A stretch of DNA of 53,160 bases from the NCBI GenBank assembly GCA_964485515.1, contig CAZALT010000004.1:1-53160 (forward strand), in the 5' to 3' direction. Below the pieces are notes generated by a model. It was given only the letters and a program-made list of their open reading frames with translations, was not told the origin of the DNA and did no database searches. This document shows positions 8,436 through 17,295 of the stretch, one piece after another (position 1 is the stretch's first letter; the number at the start of each line of letters is the position of its first letter). The stretch is from an uncultured Rhabdothermincola sp. (GTDB lineage: Bacteria > Actinomycetota > Acidimicrobiia > Acidimicrobiales > Acidimicrobilacustridaceae). The translations under genes were made by a program, and so were the position numbers.

Positions 8436-9314
8436 ATGATGGGTGACACGCTGCGCGAGCTGTTCGCCCGCCTACCCCTACCGGCCGTCGTCGCACCGAT
8501 GACGCTCGTGTCGACCCCGTCGCTCGTCGCCGCTGGATGCAATGCGGGGATCGTCGGATCGTTTCCCACCAGCAACGCGGCGTCGGCCGCGCAGCTCGAC
8601 GAGTGGTTGGACGAGATCGGGCAGGCGACGGCTGGGAACGACGCGGCGGGTCCCGTGATGGCGAACCTCATCGTGGGTCGCCAGAACGAGCGACTCGATC
8701 AAGACGTCGCGTGCGTGATCGCCCGGGGCGTCCCGCTCGTGGTCACAAGCGTGGGAAGCCCCGCCCCGGTGATCGGCCCGTTGCACGAAGCCGGCTGCCT
8801 GGTGTGGGCCGACGTCGCTTCGATCGACCACGTGGACAAGTCGTTGGAGGTCGGTGCCGATGGTCTGGTGCTCCTCGGCGCCGGAGCGGGTGGCCACACC
8901 GGTTGGGCCAACCCGCTGGCTTTCGTGCGTGCCGTGCGGGCGATCACCGACGTGCCGCTCGCCGCGGCCGGGGGGATGAGCGACGGGGCCGCGCTGTGGG
9001 CCGCCGTCGTCGCGGGTTACGACGCAGGGTGGTTCGGCACCCGGTTCATCGCCACCCCGGAGAGCGGCGCACCCCAGGGCTGGCGGGACGCGATCGTCGC
9101 GTCGACCATGGACGACATCGTCGTCGATTCCGCGCCGAACGGCGTGGGTGCGAGCTTCCTGCGAGACCGATCGGGGAGCGGCGGCCACACCGTCTCGGCC
9201 GTCGAGCGCGAGATGCCCACCGCCGATGTCGTCGCGTCCCTCGTCGCCGAGTGGAACGCGGCCCGAGCTGTCACGGCCCGGCTGCTGGCCGAGATCAGGT
9301 CGACCAGAACCTGA
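8436..9314 (+). CDS. Nitronate monooxygenase (NMO / 2-nitropropane dioxygenase-like, FMN TIM-barrel) family protein
   Basis: ORF 7896..9314 trimmed to ATG 8436 (MMGDTLRELFARLPLPAVVAPMTLVSTP...). NMO-like blocks PVVAPM, AGCNAGIVGSFP, GADGLVLLGAGAGGHTG, PLAAAGGMSDG. Confidence 0.85.
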   Translation: MMGDTLRELFARLPLPAVVAPMTLVSTPSLVAAGCNAGIVGSFPTSNAASAAQLDEWLDEIGQATAGNDAAGPVMANLIVGRQNERLDQDVACVIARGVPLVVTSVGSPAPVIGPLHEAGCLVWADVASIDHVDKSLEVGADGLVLLGAGAGGHTGWANPLAFVRAVRAITDVPLAAAGGMSDGAALWAAVVAGYDAGWFGTRFIATPESGAPQGWRDAIVASTMDDIVVDSAPNGVGASFLRDRSGSGGHTVSAVEREMPTADVVASLVAEWNAARAVTARLLAEIRSTRT

Positions 9315-9331
9315 GCTGACCGCTGCGCTCG

Positions 9332-9387
9332 GTCTCCGCCTGCCTGTCTCCGCCTGCCTGTCTCCGCCTGCCTGTCTCCGCCTGCCC
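9332..9387. repeat. Tandem repeat, 14 bp x 4 (GTCTCCGCCTGCCT)
   Basis: Four head-to-tail copies read directly (last copy ...GCCC), starting 18 nt after the NMO stop codon. Confidence 0.9.
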
Positions 9388-9567
9388 GTGTCAGCGTGTC
9401 GAGGTGGTCGTGGGGACCGTCTCGTGGAGGTCCGCCGTCGTGCGGTCGATCCGTTCGGTCCAGCCGTCGATCCCTGCGTCGAGCTGCAGCTCGACGACCT
9501 GTAGATTTACTTGAGATCGACGTCAGTGTCGATAATCGATCGAAGATCTGGTCGTGGGGGACGAGGT

Positions 9568-9819
9568 TTGCGCACCACGCACGATGATGAGCTGGACCGG
9601 CTTGCCCGTTGGCCGCTCTACGAGATCCCCGAAGCCGACGACGCCGTGGACGGCTGGGGCATCTTCGAGATCCTCTCTGGTGGGGAGGGCTACGCCCGCT
9701 ACCTGCCCAACGGACCGGTCATGGACCTCGCCCCCTTCCGCCAGTCCGCCAAGACCGAGGCCGACCGATCCGCGGCGGCACGATCCGGTGCCACCGCCCA
9801 GAACCAGGAGTCGTCATGA
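9568..9819 (+). CDS. Small hypothetical protein (about 83 aa) translationally coupled to the downstream kinase
   Basis: Part of ORF 9511..9819. GC3-rich codons begin around TTG 9568 (preceded by GGGGGACGAGG). The stop overlaps the next ATG (ATGA at 9816-9819). An AT-rich promoter-like stretch (TTACTT-N18-GATAAT) lies at about 9507-9536. No recognisable domain. Start uncertain. Confidence 0.4.
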   Translation: MRTTHDDELDRLARWPLYEIPEADDAVDGWGIFEILSGGEGYARYLPNGPVMDLAPFRQSAKTEADRSAAARSGATAQNQESS

Positions 9820-10874
9820 CCATCCCCGCAACCGTCGACGAGGTCACCGCCGAGTGGCTGAGCAAGGTGCTCGGCGCCGACGTCACCACCGTCGAGGTGC
9901 TCGACGCTCATTCCGGCACGACCGGACGGGCGAAGATCCGCATCGAGAGCACGGACGCGAACGTCCCCGAGACGCTGTTCGTGAAGCTCCGGCCCTTCGA
10001 CGACGAGCAGGCCGCGTTCCTCTCGATCATCGGGCTCGGCGTGTCCGAGGCCAAGTTCTACGCACGGGCCGGCCACGACCTGCCCGTGCGCAGCCCGAGG
10101 GTCTTCTTCGCTGACCACGACGACGAGGACGACTCGTTCGTCATGATCCTCGAAGACCTCGATGCCGCCGGGGCCCGGTTCGCCACGCCCAACGACGACG
10201 ACGTGCTGGCCATCGCCGAGTCGCTCATCGACGAGCTCGCCAAGCTGCACGCCAAGTACTGGGGCGACGACCTCGAATGGCTTGGCACCCACGCGCTGTC
10301 GCCGGGCGACAGCCCCGAAGACCTCGAGCGCATGGCGATGGGCGCCATGATCGTGCAGTCCGCCGTCGACCAGTACGCCGACGACCTGCCCCCCGAGTTC
10401 CGCGAGCTGGCCGAGATCTACATCGGCCACAACGCCCGCATCGCCGACCTCTGGAACGAGGGCGAGCGCACGCTCATCCACGGCGACAACCACATCGGCA
10501 ACCTGTTCGTCGAGGACGGTCGCACCGGCTTCTACGACTGGGCTGTGGCCAGCAAGTACCCGGGGATGCGCGACGTCGCCTACTTCCTGTGCAACTCGCT
10601 GCCCACCGACATCCGTCGGGCCGAGCAGGACAACCTCATCGCCCGCTACCGTGCCGGCCTGCAGGTCGGAGGCGTCGAGCTCGATGCCGACACGGCGTGG
10701 GAGCAGTACCGCCTGTTCTCGGTGTACTCGTGGATCTCGTCCACCACCACCTACGCCATGGGCTCGAAGTGGCAGCCCGTCGAGGTCGGTCGCAAGTCCA
10801 CCATCCGCACCACCCAGGCCATCGCCGACCTCGACGTCATCGCGCTGCTCCGCGAGCGGCTCGACCTCGCGTGA
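9816..10874 (+). CDS. Phosphotransferase (APH / choline-kinase-like) family protein
   Basis: ORF 9609..10874 trimmed to ATG 9816 (SD CAGGAG). Kinase catalytic loop LIHGDNHIGNLFV and metal-binding YDWAVAS region. Confidence 0.85.
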   Translation: MTIPATVDEVTAEWLSKVLGADVTTVEVLDAHSGTTGRAKIRIESTDANVPETLFVKLRPFDDEQAAFLSIIGLGVSEAKFYARAGHDLPVRSPRVFFADHDDEDDSFVMILEDLDAAGARFATPNDDDVLAIAESLIDELAKLHAKYWGDDLEWLGTHALSPGDSPEDLERMAMGAMIVQSAVDQYADDLPPEFRELAEIYIGHNARIADLWNEGERTLIHGDNHIGNLFVEDGRTGFYDWAVASKYPGMRDVAYFLCNSLPTDIRRAEQDNLIARYRAGLQVGGVELDADTAWEQYRLFSVYSWISSTTTYAMGSKWQPVEVGRKSTIRTTQAIADLDVIALLRERLDLA

Positions 10875-10891
10875 AAGCAGGGACGGACCGC

Positions 10892-11014
10892 GTGAACGTC
10901 GACCTCGTCGACGGCGCCTTCTGGGGCCGCAACCCCCACGACGAGCGCCCAGCTCGACGCATCGGGCAACACCACCGCCTACCCGGTCGAGGCTCCTCCG
11001 CCCTCTACCAGTAG
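10892..11014 (+). pseudogene. Possible remnant of a P450 N-terminus (40-codon ORF)
   Basis: GTG 10892: VNVDLVDGAFWGRNPHDE... resembles the N-terminal D-L-x-D-x-x-F-W...NPH segment of actinobacterial P450s. It then degenerates (RPARRIGQHHRLPGRGSSALYQ*) with no P450 core. Confidence 0.25.
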
Positions 11015-11087
11015 GACCTGGTCGAGATCTGGTCCTGGCTCGCAGGTGCGTCGGAGCCGGTGACCCTGTGCCATCGACGATCACCGA

Positions 11088-11113
11088 GAGACCCGCTCCC
11101 CGGAGCGGGTCTC
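11088..11113 (+). terminator. Terminator-like hairpin (11-bp GC-rich stem, 4-nt loop) followed by TTCCGTCTTCG
   Basis: gagacccgctc-cccg-gagcgggtctc read directly. Lies 214 nt after the kinase stop and 72 nt before the -35 of the SBP promoter. Confidence 0.4.
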
Positions 11114-11193
11114 TTCCGTCTTCGTGCTGATCGTCCTGGCCCCGGCACCCTTGAACCTCGGATCGGATCGGGGGAAGTGTCCTCTTGACTCAT

Positions 11194-11212
11194 GCAACCT
11201 ACGCAGTAGTAT
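11194..11212 (+). promoter_or_regulatory. Island operator/promoter motif, copy B (gCAACCTACgcaGTAGTAT) with -35 TTGACT at 11185-11190
   Basis: TTGACT-N16-TAGTAT geometry. 48 nt upstream of ATG 11260. Confidence 0.6.
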
Positions 11213-11259
11213 GTGACTATCGTCATCCGACCGATCAGGTTTTTCTAAGGGGGAACCGA

Positions 11260-12450
11260 ATGCACAGGGGAATCCGCTCCATAGGAGTGTTCGCAGTCGT
11301 CACACTCGGATTGCTGAGCGCATGCTCGTCATCCGACGATGACGCGAACACGAACACCACATCCGGTGGCGGGGGCAGCGTGGACATCGCCGACTCGCAG
11401 GCCAACGTCGATGCGATGCTCGCCGAACCGACCAACGTCGGGGTCACGGAACCGCTCGCCGAGGCACCGCCGACCGGCATCAAGGCCATCTACCTCCAGT
11501 GCCCCGTGCCGGAGTGCCAGACCTACGGCGACGGCGTCAACGCGGCGACCGATGCGCTCGGCTGGGAGTTGAGCCGCATCAACTTCGACCTCACGCCCGA
11601 GTCTGCTCAGGCCGCCTTCGACCAGGCGATCAACGAGGCGCCCGACGTCATCTACTCGGTGGCCGCCTCACCGACGTGGCTCGACGCCCAACGGCAGAAG
11701 GCCGAAGACGCGGGCATCGTGTTCATCGACTTCGCCAACGTCTACGAGGACGATCCGACCACGGCCGTCGGTGGCTTCGGCGATGCCGTCGCTCCGCCCG
11801 CCGGCCTCCTGCAGGGGGCGGACCACGTCCGCTTCATCGGCACGCAGATGGCGGACTACGCCATCGTCGAGACCGACGGCAACGTGAACGCCCTCGCCGT
11901 GTACATCCCGGACTTCCCGATCGGTGTCCCCCCGGCAGTCGGGTTCGCCGAGCGCCTTGAAGAGGTGTGCCCGGACACGTGCAAGAGCACCGACCTGCAG
12001 ATCTCGGCCACCGACATCGGATCCACGCTCCCGCAGAAGATCACGAGCGAGCTGCAGCGCGACCCGTCGATCAACTACTTGATGTTCATCTCCGGCAGCT
12101 TCGCCACCGGCGTCGTCACCGCGATCACGGATCTCGGCAAGCAGGACGATGTGAAGATCGTCGGCAACGCTCCGATCGTGACCAGCCTCGAAGAGATGGA
12201 CCGCGGTCCGGTCGAGCAGGCGTGGGTCGGCCTCAACGCCGAGCTGGTCGGTTGGCGCATGGTCGACATGAGCATCCGTGCCCTCCAGGGCGAGACCATC
12301 CCCGAGAAGCCGTCTGGTCCCGACGACACCTCGGCCGCCGCCTGGCCGCCCGTGCAGCTGCTCACGGCCGAGACCTACCCCGAGCCGGTTCCCTACGAGG
12401 GGCCCGAGGGCTACCAGGACATGTTCCTGGAGCTGTGGGGCATCAACTGA
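11260..12450 (+). CDS. ABC transporter substrate-binding lipoprotein, PBP type 1 (sugar/CUT2-like), paralog 1
   Basis: ORF 11185..12450 trimmed to ATG 11260 (SD AAGGGGGA). Signal plus lipobox GLLSACSS. PBP1-like alternating beta/alpha pattern. Two Cys pairs (CPVPEC, CPDTC). Clear paralog of 49273..50478. Confidence 0.85.
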   Translation: MHRGIRSIGVFAVVTLGLLSACSSSDDDANTNTTSGGGGSVDIADSQANVDAMLAEPTNVGVTEPLAEAPPTGIKAIYLQCPVPECQTYGDGVNAATDALGWELSRINFDLTPESAQAAFDQAINEAPDVIYSVAASPTWLDAQRQKAEDAGIVFIDFANVYEDDPTTAVGGFGDAVAPPAGLLQGADHVRFIGTQMADYAIVETDGNVNALAVYIPDFPIGVPPAVGFAERLEEVCPDTCKSTDLQISATDIGSTLPQKITSELQRDPSINYLMFISGSFATGVVTAITDLGKQDDVKIVGNAPIVTSLEEMDRGPVEQAWVGLNAELVGWRMVDMSIRALQGETIPEKPSGPDDTSAAAWPPVQLLTAETYPEPVPYEGPEGYQDMFLELWGIN

Positions 12451-12539
12451 AGTCCGTCCGGACACGCAGGTCGGGATCCAACCCGGCCTGCGTGGCCAGG
12501 ACCGCATTGCCCACACCGATCTGAGGGAGAACGCACGCC

Positions 12540-12761
12540 ATGACCGTCGACACCCGCCTCCACCTCACCGTGGATCCCGATCTCTGCCAGGGACATGCCC
12601 GCTGCTACGCGCTGGCTCCGGAGCTGTTCGACATCGACGACGTCGACGGGCACTCCCAAGCCAAACCCGGTCCCGTGCCGGTCGAGCTCGAGGCCAAGGC
12701 CGAGCTCGCTGTCCGAAGCTGCCCGGAACGGGCGATCAGCCTCAGCGGAGGCGAACGATGA
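12540..12761 (+). CDS. 3Fe-4S ferredoxin (P450 redox partner type)
   Basis: 73 aa. CQGHARC...CP cluster motif (DPDLCQGHARCYALAPELF ... SCPERAI). Confidence 0.85.
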   Translation: MTVDTRLHLTVDPDLCQGHARCYALAPELFDIDDVDGHSQAKPGPVPVELEAKAELAVRSCPERAISLSGGER

Positions 12762-12780
12762 GTGGGGAGACCGCACAGCC

Positions 12781-14082
12781 ATGACCGACAACACCGCAAC
12801 CGAGATCTCGCCCGCGAACGACCCCTCGCTCGCGGCGGGCGAAGACCTGAGCTGGGTCGAGACCAGCTTCTCTCCCGTGAACAAGGAGAAGCTTCAGGAC
12901 CCGTACCCCGCCTACCAGGCGCTGCGCGAACGGTGCCCGATCGCGCACAGCGACGCCCTCGACGTCGAGTTCCCCGAGTGGGCGCCCGAGCCCTACGCCG
13001 GCACCGTCAAAGAGGGCTTCTGGGTCGTGTCCCGCTACGCCGACGTGTACCGCGTGGCCCGCGACGCCGAGACCTTCATCTCGTCGGCCGGCACGCTGCT
13101 GCCCGGCCTCGGCATCCCGCGTCCGCTCGTTCCCCAGGAGATCGACCCGCCTCGGCACCTGAAGTTCCGGAACCTCGTGAGCCCGGTCTTCTCGCCGCCG
13201 AGCATCGCCAAGCTCGAGGACACGATCCGCGACATCGCGACCGACCTGCTCGACAGCTTCATCGACGAGGGCCAGGTCGACATCGTCGCCCGCTTCACCG
13301 AGCGACTCCCGACCTACGCCGTCTGGCGCGAGCCGCTGCTCGGCCGCCCGATCCCGTTCAAGGTCGAAGGCGACTTCGAGGAGACGATCGCCGCGCTCGT
13401 CTACGACGTGAACCACGTCCCCGAGCGCGGTGAGGCAGCCTCGATCGAGATCCGCTCCTACCTCGAGCGCATCCTCGCCGACCGGCGGGAGAACCCGGCG
13501 AACGACATCCCGACGAACCTCGTCAACGCCGAGATCGATGGCAAGCCGATCGACGAGATCGAGCAGGTCGACATGCTCTTCCTGCTCTTCTCGGCTGGCA
13601 TCGAGACCACCTCTTCGGCACTGGCGTCGTGGCTCGTACACCTCGCGAAGGATCCCGGCCTGCGCACGCGGCTCATCGAGGAGCCGGAGCTCATGCCCAC
13701 CGCGATCGAGGAATTCCTCCGGTACCTCGGTCCCACCCAGGCCGAGAAGCGCACCGTCACCTGCCCGGTCACGATCCACGACCAAGAGCTCGACTCGGGC
13801 GACTCGGTCATGGTGCTGTGGGGCGCGGCCAACCGCGACGAGACCGAATTCCCGGACGCGCACGAGTTCCAACCCGAACGGTTCCCGAACCGGCACCTCG
13901 CCTTCGGCGCCGGTATCCACCGGTGCATCGGTTCGAACCTGGCCCGCCTCGAGGCGAAGATCGCTCTGGAGGAGCTGCTCAAGCGGTTCCCGAACTACCG
14001 CATCCCGGAGATCGACTCGCTCGACTGGGAGGTCGGGATCTCCCGAGGGCTGCACCACCTCACCATCGACCTCAACCGCTGA
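12781..14082 (+). CDS. Cytochrome P450
   Basis: ORF 12595..14082 trimmed to ATG 12781 (MTDNTATE...). FGAGIHRCIGSNLAR heme loop, EEFLRY (ExxR), AGIETT I-helix. Confidence 0.95.
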   Translation: MTDNTATEISPANDPSLAAGEDLSWVETSFSPVNKEKLQDPYPAYQALRERCPIAHSDALDVEFPEWAPEPYAGTVKEGFWVVSRYADVYRVARDAETFISSAGTLLPGLGIPRPLVPQEIDPPRHLKFRNLVSPVFSPPSIAKLEDTIRDIATDLLDSFIDEGQVDIVARFTERLPTYAVWREPLLGRPIPFKVEGDFEETIAALVYDVNHVPERGEAASIEIRSYLERILADRRENPANDIPTNLVNAEIDGKPIDEIEQVDMLFLLFSAGIETTSSALASWLVHLAKDPGLRTRLIEEPELMPTAIEEFLRYLGPTQAEKRTVTCPVTIHDQELDSGDSVMVLWGAANRDETEFPDAHEFQPERFPNRHLAFGAGIHRCIGSNLARLEAKIALEELLKRFPNYRIPEIDSLDWEVGISRGLHHLTIDLNR

Positions 14083-14346
14083 TCGAGGGCGACCCAGACC
14101 TGTCGCTGGGTCGTGTGGCCGGTGATTCCCCCCCGCTGGCCCCTCCAGGGGGTGGCCCCGATTCGGGCTGCCTCCTGGAGACCCTTACCTCACATCTCGA
14201 ACCGCTTGGGTCCCGGAGTCGAGGAGAAACCTTCGCCGGCAACCGAGGTCTGACGGGCGATGCCGATACAACCAAGACACCGGGCACGCGAGCAGGGAAG
14301 CGTGGTCGGACGGGGCAAGAACACCGCTGAGAGGATCGAGAAGCAC

Positions 14347-15150
14347 GTGGGAGTGGTCGAGGAGATCGAGCTGGCCGAGGCGGTCACGAGCCTCCGCGCC
14401 GGCGATGTCGTCTACATCGGAAACTTCGGGGCGCCGCTGCACCTCGTCGGGCACGAGCTGATCCGGCAGCACCGCCGGGATCTGCACATCGTGATGGGGT
14501 CCGGAGGGATCCTGCTCGACGCGCTGATCGGAACCGGCGTCGCGGCCCAGGCGACCTTCGCCCACTGCTGGGGCCCAATCGGGCCGGTGCCCGCGTGGAA
14601 CCTCCGGCGATCGGTCGAGCAGGAGGGCGGTGCGGAGCGCATCCACGAGCTCAGCCTCGGCGCCATGCACGCCGCGCTGCTCGCCGGGGCATGGGGTGTG
14701 CCGTTCATGCCCGTCGCTGGCCTCGACGACACCGGCTACGTCCAGGACTGGGCGTCGGAGTCGTTCACCCGGGTCGATAGCCCCTTCGGCGAGGCGACGG
14801 TCGTCGCGGCCCTCGTGCCCGACATCGCCTTCATCCACGCCGACGTGGTCGACCGCCGAGGCAACGCCGTGATCAGGACGCCCTTCGGCGAATCCATCGT
14901 CGCCGCACAGGCTTCACGCCGCACCGTGATCGTCGCCGAAGAGATCCACCCGGCAGGGAGCGACTCGACCCGATCAGCCGAGCTCCCCGGGGCGCTCGTC
15001 TCCGCCATCGTTGAGCTGCCCGGTGCGGTCCGTCCTGACGGTGTCGCCCACCGGTACCCCCGCGACGTCGAGGCGTACAAGGCCTACGGCGAGGCGAGCC
15101 GCACGCCCGAGGGTTTCGCGGCCTGGGTCGACGAAGTGGTTCACGTATGA
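14347..15150 (+). CDS. Class I CoA-transferase fold, subunit A (GctA/IpdA-like)
   Basis: ORF 14260..15150. The first about 14 codons use A-ending codons atypical for this genome, so the start is probably GTG 14347 (or 14302/14353). LAEAVTSLRAGDVVYIGNFG N-terminus, ELSLGAMHAALLAGAWGVPFMPV, C-terminal YPRDVEAYKAYGEA as in GctA/IpdA-type subunits (from memory). Confidence 0.8.
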   Translation: MGVVEEIELAEAVTSLRAGDVVYIGNFGAPLHLVGHELIRQHRRDLHIVMGSGGILLDALIGTGVAAQATFAHCWGPIGPVPAWNLRRSVEQEGGAERIHELSLGAMHAALLAGAWGVPFMPVAGLDDTGYVQDWASESFTRVDSPFGEATVVAALVPDIAFIHADVVDRRGNAVIRTPFGESIVAAQASRRTVIVAEEIHPAGSDSTRSAELPGALVSAIVELPGAVRPDGVAHRYPRDVEAYKAYGEASRTPEGFAAWVDEVVHV

Positions 15151-15920
15151 GTGGCCCAACCGCTTCGGTCGCGCCGCCGCTCGCCGCCCACTTCCTTCCC
15201 CGGGCTGCGGTCGAGGTGAGCAGCCACGACTGGGTCTTCACCGGATTCAACTGGCCGATCCTCGCCGCACGCCTCGCTCGCGCCCTCGACCTGGGGAACT
15301 TCGTGCAGGTCCTCGAAGGAGGCGCCGCGTTCGACCGCGACACGGCGACCCTGCTGACGAGCACCACCGACTACTTCGCGTACGACGACGCCAACTGCTT
15401 CCGGGGATCGCTCGGCGACGTCCTCTTCTCGGTGGTCCCGCGCTGCGGTGCCGTCGTGGTCGACGGCGCCAACGTCGACATCCGCGGACGGACGAACACG
15501 ACCGCCATCGGTCCCGTCGCCGCTCCGAAGGTCCGCATGCCCGGCGGTGGCGGCGGTCCCGACGCCATGGCGCGTGCACAGCGCCTGGTCCTGCTCCACG
15601 CCGGGGGCGACCCACGGCGCATCGTGCGCGAGGTCGAGCACGTCACCGGCAGCCCGGGCCCCGAGACGGATGTGCGCCTCATCACCCGGTGGGGTGTTCT
15701 GCAGCTCGGCGCTGCGCCCACGCTGCTGACGGTCGTCGACCACGAATCCACGGAAGGCTTCGTCGACTGGCTCCGCTCGCTGGATGTGGAGGTCTACGAC
15801 GCCGTCGCGGTCGACACCGTCGACGATGACATGCGGGCGGCCTGTGCACAGGTGCTCGCGGAAGGAGCCGCCGCCGGATACGCCGGCGCGGCGGCCGAGC
15901 TCGCGGCGGCAACAGCATGA
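15147..15920 (+). CDS. Class I CoA-transferase fold, subunit B (GctB/IpdB-like)
   Basis: ATGA overlap with subunit A. ILAARLARALDLGNFVQVLEGGAAF and VVDGANVDIRGRTNTTAIG resemble beta-subunit blocks. Ala-rich C-terminal tail. Confidence 0.75.
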   Translation: MSGPTASVAPPLAAHFLPRAAVEVSSHDWVFTGFNWPILAARLARALDLGNFVQVLEGGAAFDRDTATLLTSTTDYFAYDDANCFRGSLGDVLFSVVPRCGAVVVDGANVDIRGRTNTTAIGPVAAPKVRMPGGGGGPDAMARAQRLVLLHAGGDPRRIVREVEHVTGSPGPETDVRLITRWGVLQLGAAPTLLTVVDHESTEGFVDWLRSLDVEVYDAVAVDTVDDDMRAACAQVLAEGAAAGYAGAAAELAAATA

Positions 15921-15969
15921 GAACGCGTCGTCCGGTGGGATGCGACGCCCGAACAGGGAGCACCGCTCG

Positions 15970-17295
15970 ATGACCCACCAACGGTTCGACGACCGGATCT
16001 GGTCCGAGCGGGAGACCTGGTCCCGCGACCAGCTGGCCGACTTCCAGCTCGCCCGCCTCCAGGAGCAGCTCGTCCGCGTCGGCGACTCGAGCCGGCTGTA
16101 CCGAGAGCAGTGGCAGGCGATCGGTTGGTCGCCTCAGGATCTTGGTTCGCTCGACGACCTGCGCGCACTCCCGTTCACGAAGAAGCAGGACTACGTCTTC
16201 AGCCTCGAGGTCGACGCTCCGTGGGGTGCCGCTCTCGCGGTCGATCCCGACGACGTGCGTCGCGTCCACTTCTCGTCGGGGACCACGTCCTCGCCGGCTC
16301 CGGTCTACTGGACGCAGTCGGATCTCGACCGCTGGGCCGACCTCTACGCCCGCGCGGCATACAGCCAGGGTGTCCGGTCGAGCGACATCTACCAGTGCCT
16401 GTTCAACTACTCGTGGTTCGTCGGTGGTCTCGGCGCGACGGCGGGCTACCAGCACCTGGGCTGCACCTGCATCCCCGGCGGTTCGTCGGACACGCTCCGC
16501 CAGCTCGAGACCATCGAGCGGTTCGGTGTCACCGCCGTCGGCGGTACGCCGTCGTTCCTGCTCCACCTCGCCGAAGCAGCGGAAGAGCACGGGATCGACC
16601 TGAAGAACGGCAGCGTGCAGCGGGTCATGACCGGCGGCGAGCCGGGCGCCGCGCTGCCCGGCGTCCGCGACCAGATCGAGACCCGCTGGGGAGCGAAGGC
16701 CTACGACGGCTACGGCTCCATCGAGTTCCAGCCCATCGCATGGGAGTGCGAGGCGCAGGCCGGCGGTCATCTCACCGAGGACTTCGCCTACGCCGAGGTG
16801 CTCGACCCCGACTCGCACGAGCCGGTCGCCGACGGCCAACCCGGTGTGCTCGTGCTCACGCACCTCGACAAGGCCGCCGTGCCGCTCGTGCGCTGGTGGA
16901 CCGGCGACATCGTCGTCCGAGACGGCGGCAGCTGCGAATGCGGCCGCACCAGTGCTCGCCTGCCCGGTGGCGTCCGCGGCCGGGCCGACGACATGCTCGT
17001 CATACGTGGCGTGAACGTGTTCCCGAGCGCGGTCGAGAACGTCGTGCGCCGGAACCTCGGGACGCTCGGCGAGTTCCGCATCATCGAGGACCCCGACCTG
17101 CGGGACCCCGCCACGGGGTTCCTCACGGCGATCCGCCTCGACATCGAGATCGCATCTGGCGACGAAGCGAAGCTGGACGTGCTCGGTGCGGCCATCCGCA
17201 AGGACCTCCAGGTTCGAGCCGTCATCAATCCGCTCGAGCCGGGATCGCTGCCTCGGACGACCCACAAGGCGAACAGGCTCGTGCGAGATGGCTGA
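15970..17295 (+). CDS. Phenylacetate-CoA ligase-like (PaaK / F390 synthetase family) adenylate-forming enzyme
   Basis: ORF 15784..17295 trimmed to ATG 15970 (SD CAGGGAG). WSRDQLADFQLARLQEQL, LPFTKKQDY, P-loop-like FSSGTTSSP, C-terminal RGRADDMLVIRGVNVFPSAVE. Confidence 0.85.
   Translation: MTHQRFDDRIWSERETWSRDQLADFQLARLQEQLVRVGDSSRLYREQWQAIGWSPQDLGSLDDLRALPFTKKQDYVFSLEVDAPWGAALAVDPDDVRRVHFSSGTTSSPAPVYWTQSDLDRWADLYARAAYSQGVRSSDIYQCLFNYSWFVGGLGATAGYQHLGCTCIPGGSSDTLRQLETIERFGVTAVGGTPSFLLHLAEAAEEHGIDLKNGSVQRVMTGGEPGAALPGVRDQIETRWGAKAYDGYGSIEFQPIAWECEAQAGGHLTEDFAYAEVLDPDSHEPVADGQPGVLVLTHLDKAAVPLVRWWTGDIVVRDGGSCECGRTSARLPGGVRGRADDMLVIRGVNVFPSAVENVVRRNLGTLGEFRIIEDPDLRDPATGFLTAIRLDIEIASGDEAKLDVLGAAIRKDLQVRAVINPLEPGSLPRTTHKANRLVRDG

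Noticed and set aside
11005-11020. Motif-like CTAC-CA-GTAGG at about 11006-11016.
   Set aside because: The spacer between half-sites is 2 nt instead of 3 and the flanks do not match. It also coincides with the end of the putative P450 remnant ORF (…TAC CAG TAG).
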